A program made the position numbers and the translations under genes. DNA of 64,000 nt. It comes from an uncultured Candidatus Poseidoniales archaeon. Its GTDB lineage: Archaea; Thermoplasmatota; Poseidoniia; Poseidoniales; Thalassarchaeaceae. Numbering within the stretch: position 1 is the stretch's first letter; each line of letters opens with the position of its first letter. Location of the stretch: the NCBI GenBank assembly GCA_963934015.1, contig CAWVWT010000002.1, forward strand, positions 81,399 through 145,398, given 5' to 3'. A model generated the notes under the pieces. The model worked only from the letters and a program-made list of their open reading frames with translations, ran no database searches and was not told where the DNA came from. Below are positions 56,175-64,000 of the stretch, piece by piece.

Positions 56175-56960
56175 ATGGGACTCCTAGAAAAAGCAGGCAA
56201 AATCAAAGATGGTGACAAGCCCAAAAAGGCTGTAGCAAAAGCAACTAAGGGTAAAGCGAAGCCTGTAAAAGCAGTAAAAGCAAAACCTGTGAAAGCACAG
56301 AAGGCAGCTCGCAAACCTCGTGAACGTGTTGCACGCGAACCTCGTGTGATGCCTGATGGATTCAATTTAGCGGGTAAGGCAGCTAGATTTGCACGCCGCT
56401 TGGTTGATTTCATTGTAACTTATGGCGCATTCTTGGGTGTTCTTGGCGCCTTTGCAATGATTGATGGTGATTTTACCTACTTGTGGATTGCTGCAATCGC
56501 AATGATGCTGCTCAATCTGGTCGTATTGCCTCTCAAAACAAATCGCTCCGTTGGTATGTTTCTAACCAGGACTCGATATGTGAATCATAAAGGAAATCAT
56601 CCCTTTTTCATGCATCAAATTTTGAGTAGTCTTACTGCATTATATGTCATGCTGTCCATCGTAATGATTGGTGTTGGTGCAGGTGATACCGGTGGTGCTA
56701 ACTGGACAATTATTTCAATCGGGATTTTCCTTGGACTGATTCCATTTTCTGATTATGTAGTCACTAAATTGCGCAAAGCAAATGGTGAAACACAAAGTAT
56801 GTATGATGCTATGTTTGGTTGCTGGTATGTCGTTGCTGAACGCGCGGATACGGGTGACAGCGCATGGATGTCACGTCTGGAATCATTAGGAGATTGGGGC
56901 GAAAAGAAGGGCTGGTCAGGCTCTGCTACAGAAGACGAGGATGCAGAAAGTAATGATTGA
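56175..56960 (+). CDS. Membrane protein with lysine-rich N-terminal tail and RDD-like domain (hypothetical)
   Basis: ATG 4 nt after the preceding stop. N-terminus KPKKAVAKATKGKAKPVKAVKAKPVKAQKAARKPR, then ARFARRLVDFIVTYGAF and 3-4 TM segments. Confidence 0.6.
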   Translation: MGLLEKAGKIKDGDKPKKAVAKATKGKAKPVKAVKAKPVKAQKAARKPRERVAREPRVMPDGFNLAGKAARFARRLVDFIVTYGAFLGVLGAFAMIDGDFTYLWIAAIAMMLLNLVVLPLKTNRSVGMFLTRTRYVNHKGNHPFFMHQILSSLTALYVMLSIVMIGVGAGDTGGANWTIISIGIFLGLIPFSDYVVTKLRKANGETQSMYDAMFGCWYVVAERADTGDSAWMSRLESLGDWGEKKGWSGSATEDEDAESND

Positions 56961-57044
56961 TCATATTGCCAAGTCAATTTACCCGTTTGAGCGGATTGGA
57001 ATTTATTCCACGCTCGACCTACCGTACGTGAGGTGCAACATCCG

Positions 57045-58124
57045 ATGAGTCCACTTACCTTGATTTTCATATACGCAAGTTTAGCGCTAGGTGCATCGTT
57101 TCTATGCTCGATTCTTGAGGCCGTTTTACTGTCAACAACGAGGGGTCACGTTGCAGTATTGGAATCGACTGGTAGTCGCACAGCACATCTTTGGATACGA
57201 TTCAAGGAGGACCCTGAACGACCTCTTACTGCAATTTTAACATTGAATACAATCGCTCATACTGTTGGCGCCCTAGGTGTTGGCACCCAGGTCGAAGCAC
57301 TCCATAACGGACAGTATGCAATGGCGGTTGCATCAGCATTATTGACGATAGGTGTTCTATTATTCAGTGAAATTCTCCCTAAAACATTGGGTACAATGTA
57401 TTGGAAATCACTTTGTAAGCCCAGTGCATATATTCTGAATGTTCTAATCTGGATTCTGATTTGGGTCGTAGTCCCAATAGAATTTATCAGACGAATGTTT
57501 CCAGCATCTGAGCAAGAAACTGTTTCACGTGAAGAATTGGTTGCATTGGCCGATATCGGTGAGGCGGAAGGTACAATTGAAGAGGATGAAGAGAAAGTCA
57601 TTACAAATCTATTGCGGCTACGTGAGACATCTGTCAGTGAGGTAATGACACCCAGCGTAGTCATCACAACTGTATCGGCAGACTGGTCTGTAGACACGGT
57701 GCGAAAAGAAATCCCCATCATGACTCATGGTAGACTTCCCGTTACAGGTGAGACTGTTGACGATATCCGAGGAATTGTGTTGCGCAGTGATATTTTACGA
57801 ATGGCTGCAGCCGATGAAGATGATGTTTTGATGTCTGATATCATGAGACCAGTGACATACTGTAATCAAGCTGAATCCGTGGACGTTGCTCTCGATATGC
57901 TATTGGAAAAACGAGAGCAGATTATGGTGATAAAGGATGAATTTGGTGCCACTAGAGGTTTACTCAGCATGGAAGACATCATTGAAACACTACTCGGGGT
58001 AGAAATTGTTGATGAGGACGATCTTGATGCAATCGAAGAAGGTACGACAGCAGAAGACCTTCGCGAATTTGCCAAGGAAAAATTTGCTCAAACCAATGAT
58101 GCATTGCCAGACGACGTGGAATGA
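57045..58124 (+). CDS. CNNM/DUF21 + CBS-pair membrane protein (CorC/TlyC-like divalent cation transport)
   Basis: N-terminal 4-TM DUF21-like region (TILTLNTIAHTVGALGVG) followed by two CBS-like repeats. ATG at 57045. Confidence 0.7.
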   Translation: MSPLTLIFIYASLALGASFLCSILEAVLLSTTRGHVAVLESTGSRTAHLWIRFKEDPERPLTAILTLNTIAHTVGALGVGTQVEALHNGQYAMAVASALLTIGVLLFSEILPKTLGTMYWKSLCKPSAYILNVLIWILIWVVVPIEFIRRMFPASEQETVSREELVALADIGEAEGTIEEDEEKVITNLLRLRETSVSEVMTPSVVITTVSADWSVDTVRKEIPIMTHGRLPVTGETVDDIRGIVLRSDILRMAAADEDDVLMSDIMRPVTYCNQAESVDVALDMLLEKREQIMVIKDEFGATRGLLSMEDIIETLLGVEIVDEDDLDAIEEGTTAEDLREFAKEKFAQTNDALPDDVE

Positions 58125-60388
58125 TGAATATTATGACTGAAGAACATGTTCTCATTTGTGTCGCTTGGCCCTATGCCAATGGTCCATTGCACCTAGGACA
58201 TGTCGCTGGCTGTTATTTGCCACCTGACATTCATGCTCGTTATGAAAGGGCTTTGGGCAATCGTGTTTTGATGGTTTCAGGCTCAGATGAGCATGGTACG
58301 CCGATTACAGTTACCGCCGAAACGCTGGGAATATCTCCTCAACAGGTCGTTGACAAATATCATGCAACAAACACGCAGGCTTTACTTGATCTCGGTTGTA
58401 TGTGGGAACCTAATATAGATCCACGCGGGGTCGATTTTGGAGGTGCGCTATTCAATCGTACAAGTGATCCAGAGCATAAGCAATTTGTCCAAGAGAATTT
58501 TTTATCACTGCTGGATGCTGGATTGTTTGAACAAAAAACAATGCAGCAATATTATGAAAACCGAGAGCAAGGGGGACGATTTTTACCCGACCGATATGTG
58601 GAAGGTGAATGTCCAAATTGTGGAGAAGATGGGGCGCGAGGCGACCAATGTGATGAATGTGGCACCACGTATGAATCGCATGAACTACAGAACCCCCGCT
58701 CCAAAATGAATCCAGGTGCTAAGATTGAAGTCCGTGATACAGAACACTTTTTCTATCGATTAGATCGATTCCAAAGTGTCTTGGAGAAACATGCAACTCA
58801 ACAGAATCCAAAATGGAAATCCAATGTCCGTGCAATGACAAAACAGTGGTTGGACATGGGTCTTCGCCCACGTGCTGTGACCCGTGATCTTGAATGGGGC
58901 ATTCCACTCCCTCTTGAAGGAAAAGAGTGGGATGGGAAATGTGTTTACGTATGGTTTGAAGCGGTACAAGGCTACTACTCTTGTGCACGTATTTGGGCAC
59001 AACGTCATGCAGTATCAACGGATTGGCGAAAATGGTGGTGTGTTTCTGAAGATGGAGTTGTGCCTCGACATCTCTATTTCCTTGGAAAGGACAACATTCC
59101 ATTCCATACCGTCATTTGGCCTGCCCTGATTATGGGTCTAAATCACGCAAACAATGGTCTTGGTGATGGCGACCCCGTTTCTCTTCCAGGGCCTGGTGAT
59201 CTCGCTCTCGAGACTAATGTCCCAGCCATGGAATATCTGATGCTTGCTGGTGGTCAATTCAGTAAAAGCCGCAAGCACGCAGTATGGCTCCCATCATTCC
59301 TTGAACGATTCGATCCAGATACTCTGCGCTACTATCTCAGTATCAATATGCCAGAAAACCACGATACCGATTTCAATTGGCCCGATTTTGTTGAGAAAAT
59401 TAATGCTGAACTGAATGGGACATATGGTAATTATGTCAACCGTGTCATGAGTTTGGGCAATAAATTAGGTGGTGAGAATCCACTTCTCGAATTTGACAAC
59501 TTGCCCGCATGCAACGCTGAAATGGAAAGACTTGCCCAGATATACGTCCAAATTACGCAAAGCCTGAATCGGCATCGATACAAAGAAGCATTGAGACATG
59601 TTATGTCCGCCGCACAATATGGAAACCAAATGTTGCAAAAAGCAGCTCCGTGGAAATATATCGAAGTGGTGGATGATGAAGAGCACCGAACAAATCGATT
59701 AGATTCTCTCGCCAAATTGGCATTTGGGTGGCGGCTCGCTAGATTCCTTGCCATTACAAGCCACCCATTCTTGCCATTCAGTGCACAACGGCTCTGGGTC
59801 ATGCTGGGACAGGTAGGTGATGTTTCTGAAGCATTGTATGAAAGTGCGATTGATTGGTCTACGGCAATCACATGGTCTAAAATCAGTGAGCCGTTGTTTT
59901 CGCGGCTTGATTTAGACGCGATCATTGAGCATGAAGAATCTCTAGTAGCATCCAGTGAAGAACTGGCACATGATGACCCAGGTCATGGTGTCAAAGGTAG
60001 TGGGAAAAAATTGAAAGTAGAGGAGGAAAATGAAATGAATAATGCACCAGAAGGAACCGCTTTTTTGAATTTTGAGACATTTATGTCTGTAGAACTGTGT
60101 ACAGGTACAATCACTTCAGTAGAAGATCACCCTAATGCTGATAAATTGTATGTGGTCAATATCGACGATGGTTCTGATGAGGGGAGAATCGTTTGTGCTG
60201 GCCTGAAACCATACTATTCAATCGAAGAAATGACTGGTAAACAGGTTGTTTTCGTAGCGAATTTAGAGCCCCGAAAATTACGAGGTGTAATGTCTGAAGG
60301 TATGATTTGTGCTGCAGATGATGGAAATGGCACTGTAAAACTCATCACAATCGATGGTGGAATTACAGATGGTTCACGTGTACGCTAA
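58121..60388 (+). CDS. metG: Methionyl-tRNA synthetase with C-terminal tRNA-binding (Trbp111/EMAP-like) domain
   Basis: HIGH-like PYANGPLHLGHV, zinc knuckles CPNCG..CDECG, KMSKS-like GQFSKSRK, C-terminal VEDHPNADKLYV. Confidence 0.95.
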   Translation: MMNIMTEEHVLICVAWPYANGPLHLGHVAGCYLPPDIHARYERALGNRVLMVSGSDEHGTPITVTAETLGISPQQVVDKYHATNTQALLDLGCMWEPNIDPRGVDFGGALFNRTSDPEHKQFVQENFLSLLDAGLFEQKTMQQYYENREQGGRFLPDRYVEGECPNCGEDGARGDQCDECGTTYESHELQNPRSKMNPGAKIEVRDTEHFFYRLDRFQSVLEKHATQQNPKWKSNVRAMTKQWLDMGLRPRAVTRDLEWGIPLPLEGKEWDGKCVYVWFEAVQGYYSCARIWAQRHAVSTDWRKWWCVSEDGVVPRHLYFLGKDNIPFHTVIWPALIMGLNHANNGLGDGDPVSLPGPGDLALETNVPAMEYLMLAGGQFSKSRKHAVWLPSFLERFDPDTLRYYLSINMPENHDTDFNWPDFVEKINAELNGTYGNYVNRVMSLGNKLGGENPLLEFDNLPACNAEMERLAQIYVQITQSLNRHRYKEALRHVMSAAQYGNQMLQKAAPWKYIEVVDDEEHRTNRLDSLAKLAFGWRLARFLAITSHPFLPFSAQRLWVMLGQVGDVSEALYESAIDWSTAITWSKISEPLFSRLDLDAIIEHEESLVASSEELAHDDPGHGVKGSGKKLKVEEENEMNNAPEGTAFLNFETFMSVELCTGTITSVEDHPNADKLYVVNIDDGSDEGRIVCAGLKPYYSIEEMTGKQVVFVANLEPRKLRGVMSEGMICAADDGNGTVKLITIDGGITDGSRVR

Positions 60389-60927
60389 TCGGCGGGCATC
60401 TCAAAAAATTCCCATTGCAAATCAATAAGCTGTTGCCTTGATTCTGCTTCCTTATATGCAGCCAACGGTTCTGCGTTCAAGATTAGAAATTGTTCACCCC
60501 AAGCAAACGGTTTCAGTATTCGTTTAGCTTGGTCATCTTTGTTTAGAAGCACTAGGCACATTGCTAGTGCTTCTACAGTACTCAATCTCCCGGGTTTCCC
60601 CCATGAAACTGGGTTGGCTGCGAGAACCAATGGGAGTGTCCTACCCTCCAACCTAGGTGATGATGATTTGATTTGTTTTAGCGATTCTGTCAACCGTTTC
60701 CATGAGCAATCTAGTGCAACCAATGCTGCGCCTTTTTCAATCATTGGTAAATCATCAGGACCCAAAATAATACCTGCAGCAGGATCTAACAAATATCCCC
60801 TCCGAGGGGGACGGCGGGTGTTGAAATGCAATGTGGCCAATTCTCGTGCAGCCAATTTTCGAGCGGTGCATTTCTTGGGATCATCCTGTTCCAAATGAAT
60901 GATGTGCAATGGCACATCTTGTCCCAT
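60385..60927 (-). CDS. tsr3: 16S rRNA aminocarboxypropyltransferase Tsr3
   Basis: HLEQDDPKKCTARKL and ALDCSWKR motifs of the Tsr3/DUF367 family. Confidence 0.8.
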   Translation of the reverse strand: MGQDVPLHIIHLEQDDPKKCTARKLAARELATLHFNTRRPPRRGYLLDPAAGIILGPDDLPMIEKGAALVALDCSWKRLTESLKQIKSSSPRLEGRTLPLVLAANPVSWGKPGRLSTVEALAMCLVLLNKDDQAKRILKPFAWGEQFLILNAEPLAAYKEAESRQQLIDLQWEFFEMPAD

Positions 60928-61446
60928 CTAATCACCTCGGAGTTCCTTCTTGGCTTGATCATACAAATCTTCCATTGTCATCGGACGATTTGATGTTTGC
61001 CTCACGATGGATTCTTCCTCAATCGTGCGTGTAACCAAGAGTTTCATGCCGAGAATCCGCTCAAATTTTTTTATGACTGAATCGGTAGGGTGTTTTCCAC
61101 CTTCAGTGTGTTGAATGATATTAACGCGTTCAGCCATACGTTTCGCGAGTTCACGTTGATCCCAGCCCTTGTCTTCGCGGGCAAGTCGTATTGCAGACGC
61201 AAAATCGCTTCGTAATTCATCACTATGTCTGACCATGATGTCTTTGCCTTTCTTACCAATGCCACCGAAGCCACCACTTGTCTTACCTCTAAGAACGCCT
61301 GAAGGTGCGCGAGGCGGTGTGGGTTGTTCAGTGATGCTAAGTCCCATTCGCTCTAGGCAATTTTGACAGGCTTCAATCGAAGAACGCCCCTTCATGGCAG
61401 TGCGAGTTCCCACCTTTACTGCGCCACACACTTCACATTCACCCAT
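60928..61446 (-). CDS. mbf1: Archaeal multiprotein bridging factor 1 (zinc ribbon + HTH)
   Basis: CEVCGA..x18..CQNC zinc ribbon and XRE-type HTH KGWDQRELAKRMAERVNIIQHTEGG. ATG at 61446 (MGECEVCG). Confidence 0.8.
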   Translation of the reverse strand: MGECEVCGAVKVGTRTAMKGRSSIEACQNCLERMGLSITEQPTPPRAPSGVLRGKTSGGFGGIGKKGKDIMVRHSDELRSDFASAIRLAREDKGWDQRELAKRMAERVNIIQHTEGGKHPTDSVIKKFERILGMKLLVTRTIEEESIVRQTSNRPMTMEDLYDQAKKELRGD

Positions 61447-61547
61447 GGTATCACCAAGTCTCTGGCCTTGCGAATTACTCTTCAACTTTCACTTTAACCT
61501 ACAATCAATGTGTAAATCTTCATCAACGTTGCCCCTGCCGACCAACC

Positions 61548-62795
61548 ATGTCTTCCGACTCAGACGCGATTAACCCCGGCGGGGACGAATCACTTCATCA
61601 CCGCGAAGACGAGGGTGTTGATGGCCAACTATCACGCCTTGAGAGCGACTTTAGAGACCTTACCGAAAGAGCACAAAATCTACTCACCGAGCGTGTTTAT
61701 CTTGAAAATGAGGTTAGTCAGCAAAAAAAGAAAGTAAATCGTCTAGAAGAAGAAATTCGAATGCTCCGGTCTCCACCACACATTGTTGGACATGTACAAG
61801 ATCGAATTAACGATGAGAAAGTTGTTGTTCGTTCATCCAACGGCACGGTGTTTTTGGTTTCGGCTAACCAACGTATCGAACAGGATTTACTCAAACCAGG
61901 TGCGCGTGTTGCGCTTAATCAGGACACACTGTCAGTTATCGAGGTATTGCATGATGCATGGGATCCACTGGTAACTGGAGCCGAAATGGTGGATAAGCCT
62001 GATATTTCATATAGTGACATGGGTGGAATAGATGAACAAATCCGACTTATCAAAGAGAGTATTGAATTGCCACTGACATCACCTGAGGCGTTTACCCGAT
62101 TTGGTATTCAACCTCCAAAAGGTGTTCTACTCGTCGGTCCACCTGGCTGTGGGAAGACCATGCTGGCCAAGGCTGTGGCTTCTTCAACGGATTGTTCATT
62201 CATTCGATTGGTTGGAAGTGAATTGGCGCAGAAGTACATCGGCGAAGGGGGACGTATGGTGCGTGAATTATTCGATTTAGCTCGTGAAAAAGCCCCATCG
62301 ATTGTTTTTATCGATGAGATTGATGCAATCGGTGCTAAGCGATTGGATACTGCGACCAGTGGTGACCGTGAAGTGCAACGCACATTAATGCAATTGCTAG
62401 CGGAATTGGATGGTTTTGATTCCCTCGATGATGTAAAATTGATTTCTGCTACTAACCGACCTGATATTCTGGATGAAGCATTACTGCGACCTGGGCGCTT
62501 TGACAGAATTATCGAAATTCCATTGCCGAATGAGGATGGGCGTACTGCTATTTTGAAAATCCACATGGGTAAGATGCCCAAAACCAAAGACCTCTCAATA
62601 AGGAAAATTGTATCCAAGACCAAGGGTTTCAGCGGTGCTGATTTGAAAGCGACGTGTGTTGAAGCCGCAATGGTTGCAATCAGGGCCAAGAGGAAGTCTG
62701 TAAATTCAAAGGATTTCACTACCGCTATTGAAAGAATTTCAGAAAAGAAGGCTAGTTCATCTCTAGGAGATGCCCCCGAAAATCTGTTTCACTGA
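61548..62795 (+). CDS. pan: Proteasome-activating nucleotidase (AAA+ ATPase)
   Basis: N-terminal coiled coil, OB region, Walker A GPPGCGKT, Walker B VFIDEIDA, second region of homology ATNRPDILDEALLRPGRFD. Confidence 0.93.
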   Translation: MSSDSDAINPGGDESLHHREDEGVDGQLSRLESDFRDLTERAQNLLTERVYLENEVSQQKKKVNRLEEEIRMLRSPPHIVGHVQDRINDEKVVVRSSNGTVFLVSANQRIEQDLLKPGARVALNQDTLSVIEVLHDAWDPLVTGAEMVDKPDISYSDMGGIDEQIRLIKESIELPLTSPEAFTRFGIQPPKGVLLVGPPGCGKTMLAKAVASSTDCSFIRLVGSELAQKYIGEGGRMVRELFDLAREKAPSIVFIDEIDAIGAKRLDTATSGDREVQRTLMQLLAELDGFDSLDDVKLISATNRPDILDEALLRPGRFDRIIEIPLPNEDGRTAILKIHMGKMPKTKDLSIRKIVSKTKGFSGADLKATCVEAAMVAIRAKRKSVNSKDFTTAIERISEKKASSSLGDAPENLFH

Positions 62796-62833
62796 TGCGA
62801 ACACTCATGGATATCCTCCTATGAGCCTGCTCT

Positions 62834-63868
62834 ATGACAGCGCTGGTTGAGTGTGTACCAAATTTCTCCGAAGGACGCGACAAATCCGTCATCCGCGCGA
62901 TAACAAACGCCATGTCATCAGTTGATGGGGTGACATTGCTCGACGTCGATATGGGTGCTGATTTTAATCGTACAGTCGTCACAATTGTCGGTCCACCTAA
63001 CGCAGTTCTTGAGGCAGCAATTAATGGCACACGGGTCGCAATAGAGCGAATTGACATGTCGGATCACTCTGGTGAGCATGCCAGAATGGGTGCGGTTGAT
63101 GTTGTTCCATTCATTCCAATCTCGGGTGTATCAATGGCAGATTGTGTTGATTTGTCAATTAGATTCGCTGAGCAAGCAAGCGATGAATTTGGTCTACCCG
63201 TCTACTTGTATGCAGAATCTGCACGCCTCGATGGGCGGATTAGATTGCCTGATATTCGCCGCGGGGAGTATGAAGGGCTTGAGAATAAATTTTCAGACCC
63301 TGATTGGCATCCTGATTTCGGTCCTGCAGAATTCAAACCTACCATGGGTGCAACAGCATCCGGGGCACGGAATATCCTGATTGCATACAATGTCAACCTA
63401 AACACAGATAATAAGTCATCAGCGAATCTAATCGCTGGAAAATTACGATCAAGTGGTGTTCTCAAGAAGGATGCAGATGGCCAGAAAATCATTGGTCCTG
63501 ATGGTAAGGCAGAACGAATTCTAGGGAAGTTCGAATCATTGCAAGCAGCTGGTTGGATGTACAACGAGGATATCGCACAGGTTTCTATGAATCTACTGGA
63601 CTATTCACTTACAGGTTTGCATAGTGTTACGGAAGCCATCCGAAATGAGGCTGAGGCAATGGGCCTGAAAGTGACTGCTGGTGAAATTGTAGGACTTGTC
63701 CCATTGAATGCCATACTAAATGCTGGTAAATTTTACATTACTGATTCCGATAATGCGGAAACACGGAGACTCGTAGACGCTGCCATTTGCGGGTTGAAAT
63801 TAGATATCTTGGGTGAATTTATTCCCGAAGAACGAATCATTGAATGGGCAGCGGAGGTGATTGAATGA
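62834..63868 (+). CDS. Glutamate formimidoyltransferase
   Basis: LVECVPNFSEGRD N-terminus diagnostic of the FtcD transferase domain. Confidence 0.85.
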   Translation: MTALVECVPNFSEGRDKSVIRAITNAMSSVDGVTLLDVDMGADFNRTVVTIVGPPNAVLEAAINGTRVAIERIDMSDHSGEHARMGAVDVVPFIPISGVSMADCVDLSIRFAEQASDEFGLPVYLYAESARLDGRIRLPDIRRGEYEGLENKFSDPDWHPDFGPAEFKPTMGATASGARNILIAYNVNLNTDNKSSANLIAGKLRSSGVLKKDADGQKIIGPDGKAERILGKFESLQAAGWMYNEDIAQVSMNLLDYSLTGLHSVTEAIRNEAEAMGLKVTAGEIVGLVPLNAILNAGKFYITDSDNAETRRLVDAAICGLKLDILGEFIPEERIIEWAAEVIE

Positions 63869-64000
63869 GCGAATACGGCAACATGACATTGGATGAGTAT
63901 CGTGATACATTGGCCTCGGATTCACCCACCCCTGGGGGAGGTAGTGCAGCAGCCATCGCTCTTTCACAAGCAGCCGCACTGGCAACGATGGTTTGCAATT
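63865..64000 (+). CDS. Formiminotetrahydrofolate cyclodeaminase-like protein, N-terminal part (3' end outside window)
   Basis: My translation from the ATG at 63865 gives MSEYGNMTLDEYRDTLASDSPTPGGGSAAAIALSQAAALATMVCN. The P.PGGGS..A...AL..MV pattern is typical of cyclodeaminase. The ATG overlaps the preceding TGA. Confidence 0.7.
   Translation, partial: MSEYGNMTLDEYRDTLASDSPTPGGGSAAAIALSQAAALATMVCN

Noticed and set aside
1-64000. Searched by eye for mobile elements, integrases, toxin-antitoxin pairs, restriction-modification or other defence genes, rRNA and tRNA.
   Set aside because: No corresponding motifs or structures were recognised. Essentially every ORF over 100 aa on the called strand is accounted for by housekeeping or the hypothetical proteins listed.

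Overview
This is a densely packed archaeal chromosomal segment with about 60 protein genes, roughly 45% GC by eye, and very short or overlapping intergenic spaces. I recognised no rRNA, tRNA, CRISPR array, transposase or integrase.

Archaeal identity rests on many signature genes:
- RFC large subunit, archaeal-type GlyRS and ProRS, TiaS, and Dph6-like diphthamide synthase.
- The 'exosome superoperon' (psmA-SBDS-rrp4-rrp41-rrp42-L37ae-Pcc1-prefoldin beta).
- S12-S7-aEF-2, split transketolase, PriS, Tsr3, aMBF1 and PAN.

Metabolic content:
- Isoprenoid genes: a UbiD-family decarboxylase, a type-1 IDI fused to GGPP synthase, isopentenyl phosphate kinase and a thiolase.
- Futalosine-route menaquinone genes (mqnE/C, mqnA, mqnD).
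- purB, coaBC, gmhA/gmhB and ftcD-type genes.
- Transporters: TrkH, OPT, a P-type ATPase and CNNM/CBS.

The lineage is probably an uncultured marine Thermoplasmatota or Euryarchaeota (for example Marine Group II-like). This is inference only.

Most interesting non-housekeeping content:
1. A MamK-like actin-fold ATPase (35243-36268) lies between an acidic double-zinc-ribbon protein and a 4-TM zinc-ribbon membrane protein. This is a candidate uncharacterised archaeal cytoskeletal or positioning module.
2. Downstream of priS sits a long acidic protein with an FH1-like polyproline tract. The tract is built from four 30-bp tandem repeats whose only differences are synonymous. A tightly coupled lysine-rich, RDD-like membrane protein follows it.
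3. A 1778-aa Lhr-type helicase, about twice the usual archaeal size.
4. A UbiD / helical-repeat / Nudix operon.
5. A degenerate P-loop RecA/KaiC-like protein.
6. A beta-propeller surface protein interrupting the mqn genes.

All functional calls rest on motif recognition by eye. No database search was run.
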